Positions 52,500-64,000 of a stretch of DNA of 64,000 nucleotides are shown in pieces. The stretch's first letter is position 1. Every line of letters begins with the position of its first letter. The notes below the pieces were generated by a model. The model did not search any database, was not told where the DNA came from, and was given only the letters and a program-made list of their open reading frames with translations. Source of the stretch: an uncultured Candidatus Rokubacteria bacterium (GTDB taxonomy: Bacteria; Methylomirabilota; Methylomirabilia; Rokubacteriales; CSP1-6); contig CAVYTA010000006.1 of assembly GCA_963771355.1 (NCBI GenBank), forward strand, positions 1,056,001-1,120,000, given 5' to 3'. The translations under genes were made by a program, and so were the position numbers.

Positions 52500-52666
52500 G
52501 TCCTCGGTCCTTTCCTCATGCCAGCCATCACACACCCGTCCCTATCATCGGACGGACGCGAGCGTTTTCTGTTCCCCACTCTGGATTTCCCTGACTCCAG
52601 GACGGAGCGGACCCCCGGCGTGTGCCTCCCCGGGGAACCCTTCGGACGGTGTCAGAGCCCTTGTCC

Positions 52667-52695
52667 ATGCTAACCAAAGGGCAGTAGTTTGGCAA
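52667..52695 (-). promoter_or_regulatory. Sigma70-like promoter for korAB
   Basis: Minus strand TTGCCA-N17-TAGCAT. Confidence 0.6.
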
Positions 52696-52749
52696 GGTTA
52701 TCCGCGGTCTGACCGTCGGGCCGGAGCTCCCTCGCCTCCGCATCGCGGC

Positions 52750-53787
52750 TCAGGCGCCTCGACGGGCCTCGTAGCGAATCACGGGATTGTTCTCCCGAGT
52801 CACGTCCTCCAGGTTCGCGATGCGCAGCTCACCGCGCTGGAAGAGATATTCCACGTGGGCGCCCGCCTCTTCGAGGGCCAGGAGACGCGTGTAGCCCACC
52901 CGGGGACCGAACAGCCGCTTGGACACCTCCACCAGCGCCAGCGGCTCATGGCAGATGTCGAGCACCTGGCTGAGCCGCCGCTGGTGATGGCCCACGATGC
53001 CCGCGATCCGGCCGTCGAGGTCCTCGATGGGCGCTTCGTGGCCGGGGAGCGAGACGCGGATGCCCTCGAGCCCGCGCACCTTGTCGAGCGACTGGAGATA
53101 GAGCTCGAGCCCGCAGAAGGGCGTGATCGCGGCCGGCGACTGATGCGGCGTGATCCGCGACAGCACGTGGTCCGCGGTGAAGAGGAGGTCATGGACCTCG
53201 AGGCAGATCTGCCCTGGACAGTGCCCGGGGGTGTGGTGCACGCGATACCCGTTGATGATTCGGTCGCGGTCCCGTACCAGGTGGTCGATCTCCACCGACT
53301 TGAAGAAGTTCTTGGACCAGCGGTACGCTTCCTCGATCTCGGTCCGGAGCTCCGGCTTGACGCCCGCCCGCTCCATGAAGACGCGCAGGTCCTTGGAGGC
53401 GAGCACGATGCGCTCCTCGAAGTTCACCAGCACGCGGGCGTCGAGCTCGTGCACGTACACCGCCGCGTCCGACTCGCCGGTGAAGCGCCCCACCCACCCG
53501 AAGTGGTCGATGTGGGCGTGACTGATCACCACGTGCTGGACGGAGGCGAGCGTGACGACCTCCCCGAAGCGCTCGCGCACCTCGGCCATCCGGCGCTCGA
53601 GCCCCTCGTTGGAGTCGGGGAGGCCGGAGCCCACATCGAAGAGGGTCACCACGTCGCCGTCGAGGATCAGGTAGATGTTGTTCACGTGCCCGGGGAAGGT
53701 CTCCACCGGCATCTGATACACGCGGGCGCCGCCGCGCGTCTCGAACTGCGTCACCGTCATGCCAATCCCGTCAGGGGTCACCGCCAT
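52750..53787 (-). CDS. MBL-fold metallo-hydrolase with C-terminal winged helix
   Basis: SHAHIDH, TPGH, DH, LPGH. Confidence 0.88.
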   Translation of the reverse strand: MAVTPDGIGMTVTQFETRGGARVYQMPVETFPGHVNNIYLILDGDVVTLFDVGSGLPDSNEGLERRMAEVRERFGEVVTLASVQHVVISHAHIDHFGWVGRFTGESDAAVYVHELDARVLVNFEERIVLASKDLRVFMERAGVKPELRTEIEEAYRWSKNFFKSVEIDHLVRDRDRIINGYRVHHTPGHCPGQICLEVHDLLFTADHVLSRITPHQSPAAITPFCGLELYLQSLDKVRGLEGIRVSLPGHEAPIEDLDGRIAGIVGHHQRRLSQVLDICHEPLALVEVSKRLFGPRVGYTRLLALEEAGAHVEYLFQRGELRIANLEDVTRENNPVIRYEARRGA

Positions 53788-53805
53788 GCCATCACCGTCA
53801 TGCGG

Positions 53806-54765
53806 CTACCGTACCACGCGGCCGGCGGCGGGCCGGGCGCCGGCAGCCGCGGCACCGGGCACCGGCGCAGCCGCCGCGGGGCGGGCGTCGTCGTCCCGGA
53901 GCTGGGCGATGAAGCGCGAGACGGCGGCGGTGAGGTGGCGGCCTCGCCGGTGGATGATGGCCACCGGACGCACGAGGCCCGGCAGCGCCAGCTCCACCGC
54001 GGCGAGGGTCTTGATCTCGCTCTCCTTCTGGACCGTGGGCGCGGGCAGGATGCTGATGCCGGCCGCGATGCCGATGGCCTGCTTGATGGTCTCGACATTG
54101 TCGAACTCCATCGCCACGTCCACCTTCACTCCGTGCTGCTTGAGCGCTCGGTCGATGGCGCGCCGGATCGGCAGGTCGTGGTCAAAGGCCACGAACCGCG
54201 CGCCGTCGAGGTCGGCCGGACTCACGCGGCGCCGCCGCGCCAGCGGATGGCTCGGGTGCGTCACCACCAGCATGGGCTCCTCCCGCAGCGGCAGCACCGC
54301 GAGCGCGCGGCTGGCGACGGGATAGGACAGGATGCCGAGATCGGCCTCGTCGTTGAGCACCGCGTCCACCACCTTGTGGGGGTGCAGGCACTCGAGCCGC
54401 ACGCGGGCGTTCGGGTAGGCCGCCATGAACGGCTGCATGTGACGGCTCATGTCGTGGAGGCCGACCGAGTAGATGGCGGCCACGCGGACGGTGCCCTCCA
54501 CCCGCTGCCGCGAGGCGGCGAGGTCGGCCCGCGCCTTCTCGAACCCGGCCAGCAGGCCTCGGCAGGCGTCGTAGAATCCGCGGCCCTCGGCGGTGGGCTC
54601 CAGCGGCCGGCGCGAGCGATCGAGGAGGATCGCGTCCAGCTCCGCCTCGAGCTGCTGGACCGCCTGGCTCGCGGCCGACTGGGACACTCCCCCGGCGGCC
54701 GCCGCCCGCGAGAAGCTCCGAAGGCGCACGACGTCGCAGTAGAGGCGCAGGGTGTCGAGATTCAC
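53806..54765 (-). CDS. LysR family regulator (GltC-like position)
   Basis: SFSRAA...SQSAASQ HTH; divergent from gltBD. Confidence 0.92.
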   Translation of the reverse strand: MNLDTLRLYCDVVRLRSFSRAAAAGGVSQSAASQAVQQLEAELDAILLDRSRRPLEPTAEGRGFYDACRGLLAGFEKARADLAASRQRVEGTVRVAAIYSVGLHDMSRHMQPFMAAYPNARVRLECLHPHKVVDAVLNDEADLGILSYPVASRALAVLPLREEPMLVVTHPSHPLARRRRVSPADLDGARFVAFDHDLPIRRAIDRALKQHGVKVDVAMEFDNVETIKQAIGIAAGISILPAPTVQKESEIKTLAAVELALPGLVRPVAIIHRRGRHLTAAVSRFIAQLRDDDARPAAAAPVPGAAAAGARPAAGRVVR

Positions 54766-54781
54766 GCTCCAACCCTAGCCC

Positions 54782-54796
54782 ATTAGCTTTGCTAAT
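54782..54796. promoter_or_regulatory. LysR box (T-N11-A dyad)
   Basis: Perfect dyad ATTAGC-TTT-GCTAAT between LysR and gltB. Confidence 0.7.
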
Positions 54797-54895
54797 ACAA
54801 TGAATTTTGAATTGTGGGCTTGGCTAATGCTCCGGAGTGGAGTAGATTCGTCCCTCAATCGTGGGACGCGCGCTGATGCCAAGGAGACGGAGTCA

Positions 54896-57800
54896 ATGAT
54901 GACGGGACCTGACGTCACCCCCGCGGGCTTGCCGCCCGCCCAGGGCCTGTACGACCCCGTCCACGAGCACGATGCCTGCGGCGTCGGCTTCGTGGTCGAC
55001 ATCAAGGGCCGGCGCTCGCACGCCATCGTGAGCCAGGCCCTGGAGGTGCTCAAGAACCTCCTCCATCGAGGCGCCTGCGGCTGCGAGGTCAATACCGGGG
55101 ACGGCGCCGGCATCATCATCCAGATGCCGCATACGTTCCTGCTGCGCGAGTGCGGGAGCCTGGGCATCCCGCTTCCCCGCCCCGGCCACTACGGCGCGGG
55201 GCTGGTCTTCCTCCCGCGGGATGCCGCCCAGGCCGCCGCGTGCGAGCGCATCCTCGAGGACATGATCCGGGAAGAGGGGCAAACCGTGCTGGGGTGGCGG
55301 GATGTCCCCACGGACTCCTCCGCGGTGGGGCCGAGCGCGCGGGCGGTGGAGCCCCGGTTTCGCCAGATCTTCGTGGGCCGGGCGGAGGGAGTGCCTGACC
55401 GGGCCGCGTTCGAGCGCAAGCTCTTCGTCATCCGCAAGCGCACGGAGCACGCGGTGGGACGCAGCGGGCTCGCGGAGCGGAAGTTCTTCTACGTCCCGAG
55501 CCTCTCGGCCAATACCCTCATCTACAAGGGCATGCTCTCGGCGGACCAGATCGAGGGGATGTTCCCGGACGTGACGGACCCCCTGGTGGATTCCGCGCTG
55601 GCGCTCGTGCACCAGCGCTTCTCGACCAACACCTTCCCGTCGTGGCCCCTCGCCCACCCGTACCGGATGATCGCCCACAACGGCGAGATCAACACGCTGC
55701 GCGGGAACATCAACTGGATGCACGCGCGCGAGGCGATCTGCCGGTCCTCCGTGCTGGGGGAGGATCTCAAGAAGATCATGCCGGTGGTGGTGGAGGGCGG
55801 CAGCGACTCCGCCGTCTTCGACAACGTGCTCGAGTTCCTCGTGATGGCCGGGCGGCCGTTGCCGCTGGCGGTGCTCATGATGATCCCGGAGGCCTGGGCC
55901 GGCCACGAGGGCATGAGCGAGGAGCGCAAGGCCTTCTACGAGTACCACGGCTGCCTCATGGAGCCCTGGGACGGACCCGCCTCCATCGCCTTCACCGACG
56001 GCACCGTGATCGGCGCCGTGCTCGATCGCAACGGGCTCCGTCCCTCGCGCTACTACGTCACCAAGGACGACATGGTCATCATGGCCTCCGAGGTGGGCGT
56101 GCTCGACATTCCCGCCGAGCGCGTGCTCCTCAAGGAGCGGCTGCATCCGGGCCGCATCTTCCTGGTCGACACCGCGCAGGGCCGGATCATCGACGACGCG
56201 GAGCTCAAGAAAGCCTACGCCTCCCAGCATCCGTACGGCGAGTGGCTCAAGACCCATATCCGGCCCATCGAGACCCTGCCCGTGCCGCCCTATGTGCCGG
56301 AGCCCAATCACGAGACGGTGCTCCAGCGCCAGCAGGCCTTCGGCTATACCCACGAGGACCTCCGCCTCCTCCTGGGCCCCATGGCCACCGCCGGTGAGGA
56401 GCCGGTGGGCTCCATGGGCACCGACACCTCACTGGCCGTGCTCTCCAACCGGCCGCGGCTCCTGTACGACTACTTCAAGCAGCTCTTCGCCCAGGTGACG
56501 AATCCGCCCCTGGACGGCATCCGCGAAGAGCTGGTGACGCAGATCGCGACCACCATCGGGCCCGAGGGCAACCTGCTGGAGCCGACCCCCGAGGCCGCGC
56601 GGCAGCTCAAGCTGCGGACGCCCATCCTCAACAACGAGGAGGTCGCGCGCATCCGTCACGCCGACCTCCCCGGCTACCGGTCGACCACCATCCAGATGGT
56701 CTACCCCGTGGCCGAGGGCGGTGCCGGCCTCGCGCGGGCCCTGGAGGCGGTGTGCGCGCAGGCAAGCCAGGCGGTGCGCGACGGCTCGACGTACCTGATC
56801 CTGTCCGACCGCGGGGTGAACGAGAAGCTGGCGCCCATTCCCTCGCTGCTCGCCACCGCGGGCATGCACCATCACCTCATTCGCGAGGGCAGCCGCGTGA
56901 AGGTGGGCCTGGTCATCGAGTCCGGCGACGCGCGGGAAGTGCATCACGCCGCGCTGCTGCTCGGGTACGGTGCGGGCGCCATCAACCCGTACCTGGCCTT
57001 CGAGACCCTGGACGACATGATCGGCCAGGGCCTGCTCCCGGGGCTGGACCAGGCCACCGCGGAGAAGCACTACATCAAGGCGCTCAACAAGGGCGTGCTC
57101 AAGGTGATCTCCAAGATGGGGATCTCCACCATCCAGTCCTATCGGGGCGCCCAGATCTTCGAGGCGATCGGGCTGGACAAGGCCTTCGTGGACCGCTACT
57201 TCACGTGGACCGCCTCGCGGATCGGGGGCGTGGGCATCGACGTCATCGCCGAGGAGACGGCGGCGCGCCACGCCCGGGCCTTCCCCGACCGGCCGGTGGG
57301 GGACGCCGAGCTCGAGTGGGGCGGCGAGTATCAGTGGCGGCGCGAGGGGGAGTATCACCTCTTCAACCCGGACACCGTGTTCAAGCTCCAGCACGCCACC
57401 CGCAGCGGCCAGTACCGGATCTTCAAGGACTACTCGCGCGCGGTGGACGAGCAGACCCGCAACCTCGCGACCTTGAGGGGACTCTTCACCCTCAAGCCGG
57501 CGGAGCGGGCCATCCCCATCGAGGAGGTCGAGCCGGTGGAGGCGATCCTCACCCGCTTCGCCACCGGCGCGATGTCCTACGGATCCATCGGTCTCGAGGC
57601 CCACGAGACGCTCGCCATCGCCATGAACCGCATGGGCGGCAAGTCCAATACCGGCGAGGGCGGAGAGGATTCTGCCCGCTACACGCGCGACGCCAATGGC
57701 GACTCGCGCCGGAGCGCCATCAAGCAGGTGGCCTCCGGACGCTTCGGCGTCACCAGCGAGTACCTGGTGAATGCCGACGACCTCCAGATCAAGATGGCCC

Positions 57801-59479
57801 AGGGGGCCAAGCCCGGCGAGGGCGGTCAGCTCCCCGGCCACAAGGTGTATCCGTGGATCGCCAAGGTGCGCTACTCCACCCCGGGGGTGGGACTGATCTC
57901 CCCGCCGCCGCACCATGACATCTACTCCATCGAGGACCTGGCGCAGCTCATCCACGACCTCAAGAACGCCAACCCGAAAGCGCGCATCAGCGTGAAGCTG
58001 GTGGCGGAGGTGGGCGTGGGCACGGTGGCGGCGGGCGTGGCCAAGGCGCATTCCGACGTGGTCCTCATCTCCGGCCACGACGGCGGCACCGGCGCCTCTC
58101 CCCTCACCTCCATCAAGCACGGGGGGGTGCCGTGGGAGCTCGGGCTCGCGGAGACCCAGCAGGTGCTCGTCCTCAACAAGCTTCGCGATCGCATCATCGT
58201 GCAGGCGGACGGCCAGCTGAAGACCGGCCGGGACGTGGTGATCGCGGCGCTGCTGGGCGCGGAGGAGTACGGCTTCTCCACCGCTCCCCTGGTGGTGATG
58301 GGCTGCATCATGATGCGGGTGTGCCACCTCAACACCTGCCCGGTGGGCATCGCCACCCAGGATCCGCAGCTCCGCGCCAAGTTCGCGGGCCGGCCCGAGT
58401 TCGTCGAGAACTTCTTCCGCTACGTGGCGGAGGAGGTGCGCGAGCTGATGGCCAGTCTTGGGTTCCGCACCATGGCCGAGATGATCGGTCGGTCCGACCG
58501 GCTCGATGTCCGGGACGCGGTGGAGCACTGGAAGGCGCGCGGGCTGGATCTCGCGCCCCTCCTCCACCGGCCGGCGGTGGGGCCCGAGGTCGCCATCCGC
58601 AAGGTCGTGGAGCAGGACCATGGGCTCGAGAAGTCCCTCGACATGACCACCCTGGTGCCGCTCTGCCGGGCCGCGCTCGAGCGTCGCGAGCCGGTGGACA
58701 TCCGCCTGCCCATCCGGAACGTGAACCGGACGGTGGGCACCATCCTCGGCTACGAGGTCACCTCGCGCCACGGCGCCGACGGCCTGCCCGACGACACGAT
58801 CCGTCTCCATTTCACGGGATCGGCGGGCCAGAGCTTCGGAGCCTTCGTGCCCCGCGGCATCACCCTCACCCTCGAAGGGGACGCCAACGACTATCTGGGC
58901 AAGGGGCTGTCCGGCGGCAAGATCGTCGCCTTCCCTCCGCGGGAGTCGACCTTCGTGCCGGAGGAGAACATCCTCGTGGGCAATGTGGTGCTCTACGGCG
59001 CCACCGGCGGTGAGGCCTACTTCCGCGGGGTCGCGGGCGAGCGCTTCGCAGTCCGGAACAGCGGCGCCGCCACCGTGGTGGAGGGCGTGGGCGACCACGG
59101 GTGCGAGTACATGACGGGCGGACGGGTGGTGGTGATCGGCGGCACCGGGCGAAACTTCGCCGCCGGCATGTCGGGCGGGATCGCCTACGTGCTCGACGAG
59201 GGGGGCGACTTCAAGCGCCGCTGCAACCTGGGCATGGTGGATCTCGAGCCCCTGGTGGACGTGGAGGACGTGGAGCAGGTCAAGGACCTCCTCGCCCGCC
59301 ACATCCGCTATACCCAGAGCGCGGTGGCCGCGCGATTGCTGGTGCACTGGGAGCGGACCCGCGAGCGCTTCGTCAAGGTCATGCCGCGCGACTACAAGCG
59401 GGTGCTGGCCGCCATCAAGAAGGCCCAGGAGACGGGCATGTCGGTGGACGAGGCCGTGATGGCGAGCGCCCACAACTAG
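54896..59479 (+). CDS. gltB: Glutamate synthase large subunit
   Basis: [36 protein letters not shown] domain. Confidence 0.97.
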   Translation: MMTGPDVTPAGLPPAQGLYDPVHEHDACGVGFVVDIKGRRSHAIVSQALEVLKNLLHRGACGCEVNTGDGAGIIIQMPHTFLLRECGSLGIPLPRPGHYGAGLVFLPRDAAQAAACERILEDMIREEGQTVLGWRDVPTDSSAVGPSARAVEPRFRQIFVGRAEGVPDRAAFERKLFVIRKRTEHAVGRSGLAERKFFYVPSLSANTLIYKGMLSADQIEGMFPDVTDPLVDSALALVHQRFSTNTFPSWPLAHPYRMIAHNGEINTLRGNINWMHAREAICRSSVLGEDLKKIMPVVVEGGSDSAVFDNVLEFLVMAGRPLPLAVLMMIPEAWAGHEGMSEERKAFYEYHGCLMEPWDGPASIAFTDGTVIGAVLDRNGLRPSRYYVTKDDMVIMASEVGVLDIPAERVLLKERLHPGRIFLVDTAQGRIIDDAELKKAYASQHPYGEWLKTHIRPIETLPVPPYVPEPNHETVLQRQQAFGYTHEDLRLLLGPMATAGEEPVGSMGTDTSLAVLSNRPRLLYDYFKQLFAQVTNPPLDGIREELVTQIATTIGPEGNLLEPTPEAARQLKLRTPILNNEEVARIRHADLPGYRSTTIQMVYPVAEGGAGLARALEAVCAQASQAVRDGSTYLILSDRGVNEKLAPIPSLLATAGMHHHLIREGSRVKVGLVIESGDAREVHHAALLLGYGAGAINPYLAFETLDDMIGQGLLPGLDQATAEKHYIKALNKGVLKVISKMGISTIQSYRGAQIFEAIGLDKAFVDRYFTWTASRIGGVGIDVIAEETAARHARAFPDRPVGDAELEWGGEYQWRREGEYHLFNPDTVFKLQHATRSGQYRIFKDYSRAVDEQTRNLATLRGLFTLKPAERAIPIEEVEPVEAILTRFATGAMSYGSIGLEAHETLAIAMNRMGGKSNTGEGGEDSARYTRDANGDSRRSAIKQVASGRFGVTSEYLVNADDLQIKMAQGAKPGEGGQLPGHKVYPWIAKVRYSTPGVGLISPPPHHDIYSIEDLAQLIHDLKNANPKARISVKLVAEVGVGTVAAGVAKAHSDVVLISGHDGGTGASPLTSIKHGGVPWELGLAETQQVLVLNKLRDRIIVQADGQLKTGRDVVIAALLGAEEYGFSTAPLVVMGCIMMRVCHLNTCPVGIATQDPQLRAKFAGRPEFVENFFRYVAEEVRELMASLGFRTMAEMIGRSDRLDVRDAVEHWKARGLDLAPLLHRPAVGPEVAIRKVVEQDHGLEKSLDMTTLVPLCRAALERREPVDIRLPIRNVNRTVGTILGYEVTSRHGADGLPDDTIRLHFTGSAGQSFGAFVPRGITLTLEGDANDYLGKGLSGGKIVAFPPRESTFVPEENILVGNVVLYGATGGEAYFRGVAGERFAVRNSGAATVVEGVGDHGCEYMTGGRVVVIGGTGRNFAAGMSGGIAYVLDEGGDFKRRCNLGMVDLEPLVDVEDVEQVKDLLARHIRYTQSAVAARLLVHWERTRERFVKVMPRDYKRVLAAIKKAQETGMSVDEAVMASAHN

Positions 59480-59486
59480 GGCCGGC

Positions 59487-60935
59487 ATGGGCAAGGTCTC
59501 CGGCTTCCTCGAGTTCAAGCGCGACAAGCAGCCGTATCGCCCGGTGGAGGAGCGGCTGCGGGACTGGCGGCAGGTGATGCTGCCCTGGCCCACCGACAAG
59601 CTCCGCAAGCAGGGTGCGCGGTGCATGGACTGCGGCATCCCCTTCTGCCATCAGGGCTGTCCGCTCGGCAACCTCATCCCCGACTGGAACGACCTCGTCT
59701 ACCGGGACAAGTGGCGCGAGGCCGTGGACCGGCTCCATGCCACCAACAACTTCCCGGAGTTCACCGGCACGCTGTGCCCCGCCCCGTGCGAAGGCTCCTG
59801 CGTGCTGGGAATCAACGACGACGCCGTCACCATCAAGGCCATCGAGCTCGCCATCATCGACCATGCCTTCGAGGCGGGCTGGGTCCGACCTCAGCCCCCC
59901 AAGATACGCACCGGGAAAACCGTCGCGGTGATCGGCTCCGGGCCCGCCGGGCTCGCCGGCGCCCAGCAGCTCACTCGCGCCGGGCACGACGTCACCGTCT
60001 ACGAGCGCGCGGACCGCGTGGGCGGGCTCCTCCGCTACGGCATCCCGGAGTTCAAGATGGAGAAGCGCGTGCTCGAGCGGCGTCTGCGCCAGATGGAGAC
60101 GGAGGGCACCACCTTCGTGACCGGCGCCCACGTGGGCGCGGGCGTGGATCCGGGCGCGCTACGGGCGAAGTTCGACACGGTGCTCCTGGCCGGCGGCGCC
60201 TGCGCCCCGCGGGACCTGCCCATCCCCGGCCGCGAGCTCAGCGGCGTGGTTTACGCAATGGACTATCTCACGCTGCAGAACCGCCGCAACGAGGGCGACC
60301 GGATTCCCGACGCGGCCTTCGTCAGCGCGGAAGGCAAGCGGGTGGTCATCATCGGCGGCGGCGATACCGGCGCGGACTGCCTGGGCACTGTGCACCGGCA
60401 GCGCGCGGCCTCGGTGCATCAGTTCGAGATCCTGCCCCGCCCGCCGGACGAGCGGGCTGCGAGCAATCCCTGGCCTCTGTGGCCGAACATCTACCGGGTC
60501 TCCTCCGCCCATGCCGAGGGCGGGGAGCGCGTGTACGCGGTGTCGACGAAGCGCTTCATCGGCGGCGCCGACGGCCGCGTGACCGGACTCCAGGCCATCG
60601 AGGTGGAGATGAGCACCGAGGGCGGCCGGCCCGGCTTCCGCGAGAAGCCCGGCACCGAGTTCACGCTGCCCTGCGAGCTCGTCCTCCTGGCCATGGGCTT
60701 CGTGGGCCCGGAGCGCCCGGGGCTGCTGGAGACCCTGGGCGTGCGCCTCACCGACCGGGGCAATGTCTGGCGGGACGCGGACTGGATGACCAGCGTGCCC
60801 GGCGTCTTCACCGCGGGTGACATGCAGCGGGGCCAGTCGCTGATCGTGTGGGCGATCGCGGAGGGCCGGAGCGCCGCGCGGGGTATGGACCGCTACCTGA
60901 TGAAGGGCTCCGACCTGCCGGCTCCCCTCCAGTAG
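59487..60935 (+). CDS. gltD: Glutamate synthase small subunit
   Basis: [25 protein letters not shown]. Confidence 0.96.
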   Translation: MGKVSGFLEFKRDKQPYRPVEERLRDWRQVMLPWPTDKLRKQGARCMDCGIPFCHQGCPLGNLIPDWNDLVYRDKWREAVDRLHATNNFPEFTGTLCPAPCEGSCVLGINDDAVTIKAIELAIIDHAFEAGWVRPQPPKIRTGKTVAVIGSGPAGLAGAQQLTRAGHDVTVYERADRVGGLLRYGIPEFKMEKRVLERRLRQMETEGTTFVTGAHVGAGVDPGALRAKFDTVLLAGGACAPRDLPIPGRELSGVVYAMDYLTLQNRRNEGDRIPDAAFVSAEGKRVVIIGGGDTGADCLGTVHRQRAASVHQFEILPRPPDERAASNPWPLWPNIYRVSSAHAEGGERVYAVSTKRFIGGADGRVTGLQAIEVEMSTEGGRPGFREKPGTEFTLPCELVLLAMGFVGPERPGLLETLGVRLTDRGNVWRDADWMTSVPGVFTAGDMQRGQSLIVWAIAEGRSAARGMDRYLMKGSDLPAPLQ

Positions 60936-60969
60936 CCCGTCCGCCCCGCCCCGGAGTAGAATCGCCCGC

Positions 60970-61686
60970 ATGAAGGCTCTGACCCTCGCATCCGCGCTCG
61001 TTCTCGGTCTCCTGCTGAGCCCCTCGCCCGCCGCCGCGCAGCTCGATCGGCTCCTGCAGGGCCTGGGCCTGGGAGGGCTCTCCGACGCCAAGATCGGGTC
61101 CGGCCTCAAGGAGGCGCTCCGGGTCGGGACCGAGACCACCGTCAGCCTCACCGGCAAGACCGACGGCTACTTCGCCAATCAGGCGATCAAGATCCTCATG
61201 CCCTCCCAGCTCCAGACCGCCGAGAAGGGTTTGCGGCTGGTCGGGTACGGTCCCCAGCTGGACGAGTTCGTGCTCTCCATGAACCGCGCCGCGGAGGCCG
61301 CGGCCCCGGGGGCGAAGAAGATCTTCGGGGACGCCATCGGCGAGATGAGCATCGAGGACGCGCGGAAGATCTGGAGCGGGGGCGACAATGCCGCCACCCA
61401 GTATTTCCAGAGCAAGACCAGCGACCGGCTCACCGCCGCCTTCCGGCCGGTGGTGGACCAGGCCATGAATCAGGTCGGGGTCACGCGCCAGTACAAGGAG
61501 CTGCTGGGGCGCGCGCAGTCCATCCCCTTCCTCAAGACGGATTCACTGGACATCGACCGCTATGTGCTCGGCAAGAGCCTCGACGGGCTCTTCGTGGTGC
61601 TGGGGGAGCAGGAAAAGCAGATTCGTACCAACCCCGCCGCGCGCACCACCGACCTCCTCAAGGAAGTCTTCAGCGCCAGCAAATAG
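60970..61686 (+). CDS. DUF4197 family secreted protein
   Basis: [34 protein letters not shown]. Confidence 0.88.
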   Translation: MKALTLASALVLGLLLSPSPAAAQLDRLLQGLGLGGLSDAKIGSGLKEALRVGTETTVSLTGKTDGYFANQAIKILMPSQLQTAEKGLRLVGYGPQLDEFVLSMNRAAEAAAPGAKKIFGDAIGEMSIEDARKIWSGGDNAATQYFQSKTSDRLTAAFRPVVDQAMNQVGVTRQYKELLGRAQSIPFLKTDSLDIDRYVLGKSLDGLFVVLGEQEKQIRTNPAARTTDLLKEVFSASK

Positions 61687-61690
61687 CAGG

Positions 61691-61711
61691 GGTAACCCCG
61701 TGTAGGTTACC
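61691..61711. terminator. Hairpin between convergent genes
   Basis: GGTAACC-N7-GGTTACC, with no clear U-tract. Confidence 0.35.
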
Positions 61712-61713
61712 GG

Positions 61714-61774
61714 CCTCGCTACGCTCGGCAACCCATTTTCGTATTGCTCGCCTCGCCTTCGGCTGCGGCTCGCC
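61714..61774 (-). repeat. Dispersed 61-bp element, locus C
   Basis: Divergent copy starting 3 nt after the moaA stop. Confidence 0.85.
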
Positions 61775-61777
61775 CGG

Positions 61778-62824
61778 CTAGCCACCTCTGGTGTGCATCT
61801 CCAGATGGGGGTCCCGCTTCAATTCCCCGATCTGGATGAGCGGCGAGCGGCCATCGGCCATGGCGAGCCGCTCCTCGGCGCCGCGGTCCCGGCGCGCCGT
61901 CCAGCCCGGCAGGATCAGGTCCCGGAGGGCGTCCCGTGACGCGCCCGCGCGGAGCGCCTTCCGCAGATCGGTGCCCTGGGTGGCGTAGAGGCAGAGGTAC
62001 CACATCCCGTCGGCGGTGAGGCGGCTCCGGTCGCAGTCCTGGCAGAAGGGCGCCGTGGTGGAGGCGATGATTCCGAACACATAGCCGTCGGGGAGCCGGT
62101 AGCGATCGGCGGGCGCGGAGCCCCCCTCGTTCAGGGGCTCGATGGCGCCGTAACGCCGGCTCAGCGTCTCCAGCATCTCGGCGCGCGAAACCACCCGCTC
62201 GCGGGTCCAGCGGGTGGCGCCGCCCACGTCCATGTACTCGATGAAGCGGATCTCGGCGGGCACCCCGCGCGCGTACTCGATCAGGTCCACCAGCTCGTCC
62301 TCGTTGGTGCCGCGCATGACCACGGTATCGAGCTTGGGCGCGGGGAAGCCCGCGCGGCCCACCGACGCGATCCCCTCGAGCACCTGCGGGAGCGCCTCCC
62401 GGCGGGTCAGCGCCTTGAAGCGGTCCGGTCGCAGCGTGTCGAGGCTCACCGTGACGCGATGGAGGCCGGCCCCGCGGAGCGCGGAGGCCCGCTCGGCGAG
62501 GAGGATGCCGTTGGTGGTGATGGCGAGGTCGCGGAGCCGCGGATGGGCGGCGAGGAGCCTCACCAGGCGCTCCAGCCCGTTGCGCAGCAGCGGCTCGCCT
62601 CCGGTCAGGCGCACCTTGTCCACCCCGAGATCGGTGAAGACGTCCACCAGGGCCGCCGCCTCCTCGAAGGTGAGGATGTCCTCGCGGGGGAGCCACACGT
62701 ACTCCTCCTCGGGCATGCAGTAGGAGCAGCGGAGGTTGCAGCGGTCGGTGACCGACAGCCGGAGATTCCGCAGCGGACGGCCGAGCGTGTCGCGCACGGG
62801 GATCACCGGCCCGGCCCCGCTCAC
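61778..62824 (-). CDS. moaA: GTP 3',8-cyclase (Moco biosynthesis)
   Basis: [13 protein letters not shown]...CLY, C-terminal GG. Confidence 0.95.
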   Translation of the reverse strand: MSGAGPVIPVRDTLGRPLRNLRLSVTDRCNLRCSYCMPEEEYVWLPREDILTFEEAAALVDVFTDLGVDKVRLTGGEPLLRNGLERLVRLLAAHPRLRDLAITTNGILLAERASALRGAGLHRVTVSLDTLRPDRFKALTRREALPQVLEGIASVGRAGFPAPKLDTVVMRGTNEDELVDLIEYARGVPAEIRFIEYMDVGGATRWTRERVVSRAEMLETLSRRYGAIEPLNEGGSAPADRYRLPDGYVFGIIASTTAPFCQDCDRSRLTADGMWYLCLYATQGTDLRKALRAGASRDALRDLILPGWTARRDRGAEERLAMADGRSPLIQIGELKRDPHLEMHTRGG

Positions 62825-63126
62825 GGCAGCTCCACGAAGATGCCGTCGTGCTCGACGGTCACCGGAAAGCGGGGTACCCGCACCGCGGGATTGTTGGCAT
62901 GCGCGCCGGTGGTCACGTCCCAGCGCCAGGCGTGCCAGGGACAGGACACCAGCCGACCCTCGAGATCGCCCTCGCCCAGCGGACCGCCCCGGTGCGGGCA
63001 GACATTGTCCAGACAGTGGAAGGCCCCTTCCACGTTGAAGAGCGCCAGCGCGCGCCCGTCCGCCTCCACCACGCGGCCTTCGCCCGCCGGCACCTCGCCC
63101 ACCGCCGCCACGCGCACCCGCGCCAT
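62821..63126 (-). CDS. Rieske (2Fe-2S) ferredoxin
   Basis: CPHRGGPL...CPWH; embedded in a longer spurious ORF. Confidence 0.9.
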   Translation of the reverse strand: MARVRVAAVGEVPAGEGRVVEADGRALALFNVEGAFHCLDNVCPHRGGPLGEGDLEGRLVSCPWHAWRWDVTTGAHANNPAVRVPRFPVTVEHDGIFVELP

Positions 63127-63128
63127 GA

Positions 63129-64000
63129 CTACCCCGCCACCGGCGCCGCCAACTGCTCGGCCGCGGCGCGCATCCATTCCTTGGTGAGCCCCGCCTTCTT
63201 CACGCCCACGTCGAAGTGGTCCCAGGGCAGCACCTCGTCGAGCGCCCGCGCCCGGCGCGTGTAGAAGGCGGGATCGCCCTCCCACTCGCGGAGCGCGCGG
63301 CGCCAGTCGCCCCCATGCGCGGCGGCCAGCTCCACGAAGTCCGCCACGCGGCGGTCGCCGCGGGCGAGCAGGGCCTGGAGCCCCGCCTCGCGCGGATTCT
63401 CGTGCAGCACGCGGATGGTCGAGAGCCGGCGCGCCGCCCGCTTGATCGTGTCGAGCTTGTCTTCCAGCCCCCGCTGCTCGTCGAAGGGCGCCCACTGGAA
63501 CGGCGTCCAGGGCTTGGGCACGAAGGAGGAGATCGACAGCGTCAGCTTGCCGAAGGGATGGCCATCGGGACCCGGCACCTGCAGCCGCTCCAGGAGCCGC
63601 GCGGCCAGCTCGGGGATAGCCTCGATGTCCGCCGGCGTCTCGGTGGGCAGTCCGATCATGAAGTAGCACTTGAGATTGGGGATGCCGTAGCGCCGCACGA
63701 GATCGCAGGCGGCCAGGAGCTGCGCGTCGGTGATGGGCTTGCGCACCGCGCGCCGCAGCCGCTCCGTCCCCGCCTCCGGCGCCATGGTGAGCGTGCGGTG
63801 GCCGCCCCGCGCGAGCGAGGCCACGAGATCCTCGGTGAGGCTGTCCGCGCGCAGGGAGGAGATGGACACCTCCACGCCCTCCTCCTCGAGCATCTTCATC
63901 AGCTCGCCGATCCACGGATAGTCCGACACGCAGGCGCCCACCAGCCCCACCCGCTTGGACTCCTTCGCGATCTGCACCACGGACGCGCGGAGCGCCTCCA
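63129..64000 (-). CDS. Radical SAM protein, C-terminal part (5' end off-window)
   Basis: [41 protein letters not shown]. Confidence 0.8.
   Translation of the reverse strand, partial: EALRASVVQIAKESKRVGLVGACVSDYPWIGELMKMLEEEGVEVSISSLRADSLTEDLVASLARGGHRTLTMAPEAGTERLRRAVRKPITDAQLLAACDLVRRYGIPNLKCYFMIGLPTETPADIEAIPELAARLLERLQVPGPDGHPFGKLTLSISSFVPKPWTPFQWAPFDEQRGLEDKLDTIKRAARRLSTIRVLHENPREAGLQALLARGDRRVADFVELAAAHGGDWRRALREWEGDPAFYTRRARALDEVLPWDHFDVGVKKAGLTKEWMRAAAEQLAAPVAG

Overview
This is a very GC-rich, gene-dense bacterial chromosome segment with mostly housekeeping and metabolic genes. The gene content resembles Ca. Rokubacteria/Methylomirabilota, which is an inference only. In order it carries: a partial NCS2/AzgA-like permease; class II ribonucleotide reductase nrdJ; a TolC-MacA-MacB-type ABC efflux operon with two paralogous permeases, preceded by a deletion-scar MFP::RND chimera; nth; a TetR regulator divergent from an AurF-like diiron gene; and a long minus-strand run (corA, panE, a heterodimeric ABC exporter, ATL, an LLM oxidoreductase, YbaK, an SDR, a UPF0282 MBL protein and a peroxiredoxin). 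It then carries suhB; a TIGR02757-rmuC-DUF429-M20-Memo cluster; an SSS symporter; tctCBA-nadX; trxB; lutABC plus glcDEF; korAB; LysR-gltBD; moaA; a Rieske ferredoxin; and a partial radical SAM gene. No rRNA, tRNA, CRISPR array or transposase was recognised. Main highlights: (1) a dispersed 61-bp non-palindromic element at three gene 3' ends whose variation fits a single-stranded DNA fold with GNA triloops and tandem G.A pairs; (2) a selenocysteine peroxiredoxin missed by the ORF track, with an in-frame TGA at the peroxidatic position and a downstream hairpin; (3) an in-frame 4x45-bp hairpin repeat plus REP-like palindrome inside a PqqD/RRE-like::Memo fusion gene; (4) a long structured leader upstream of korAB; (5) three single-base frameshifts that are probably consensus errors.
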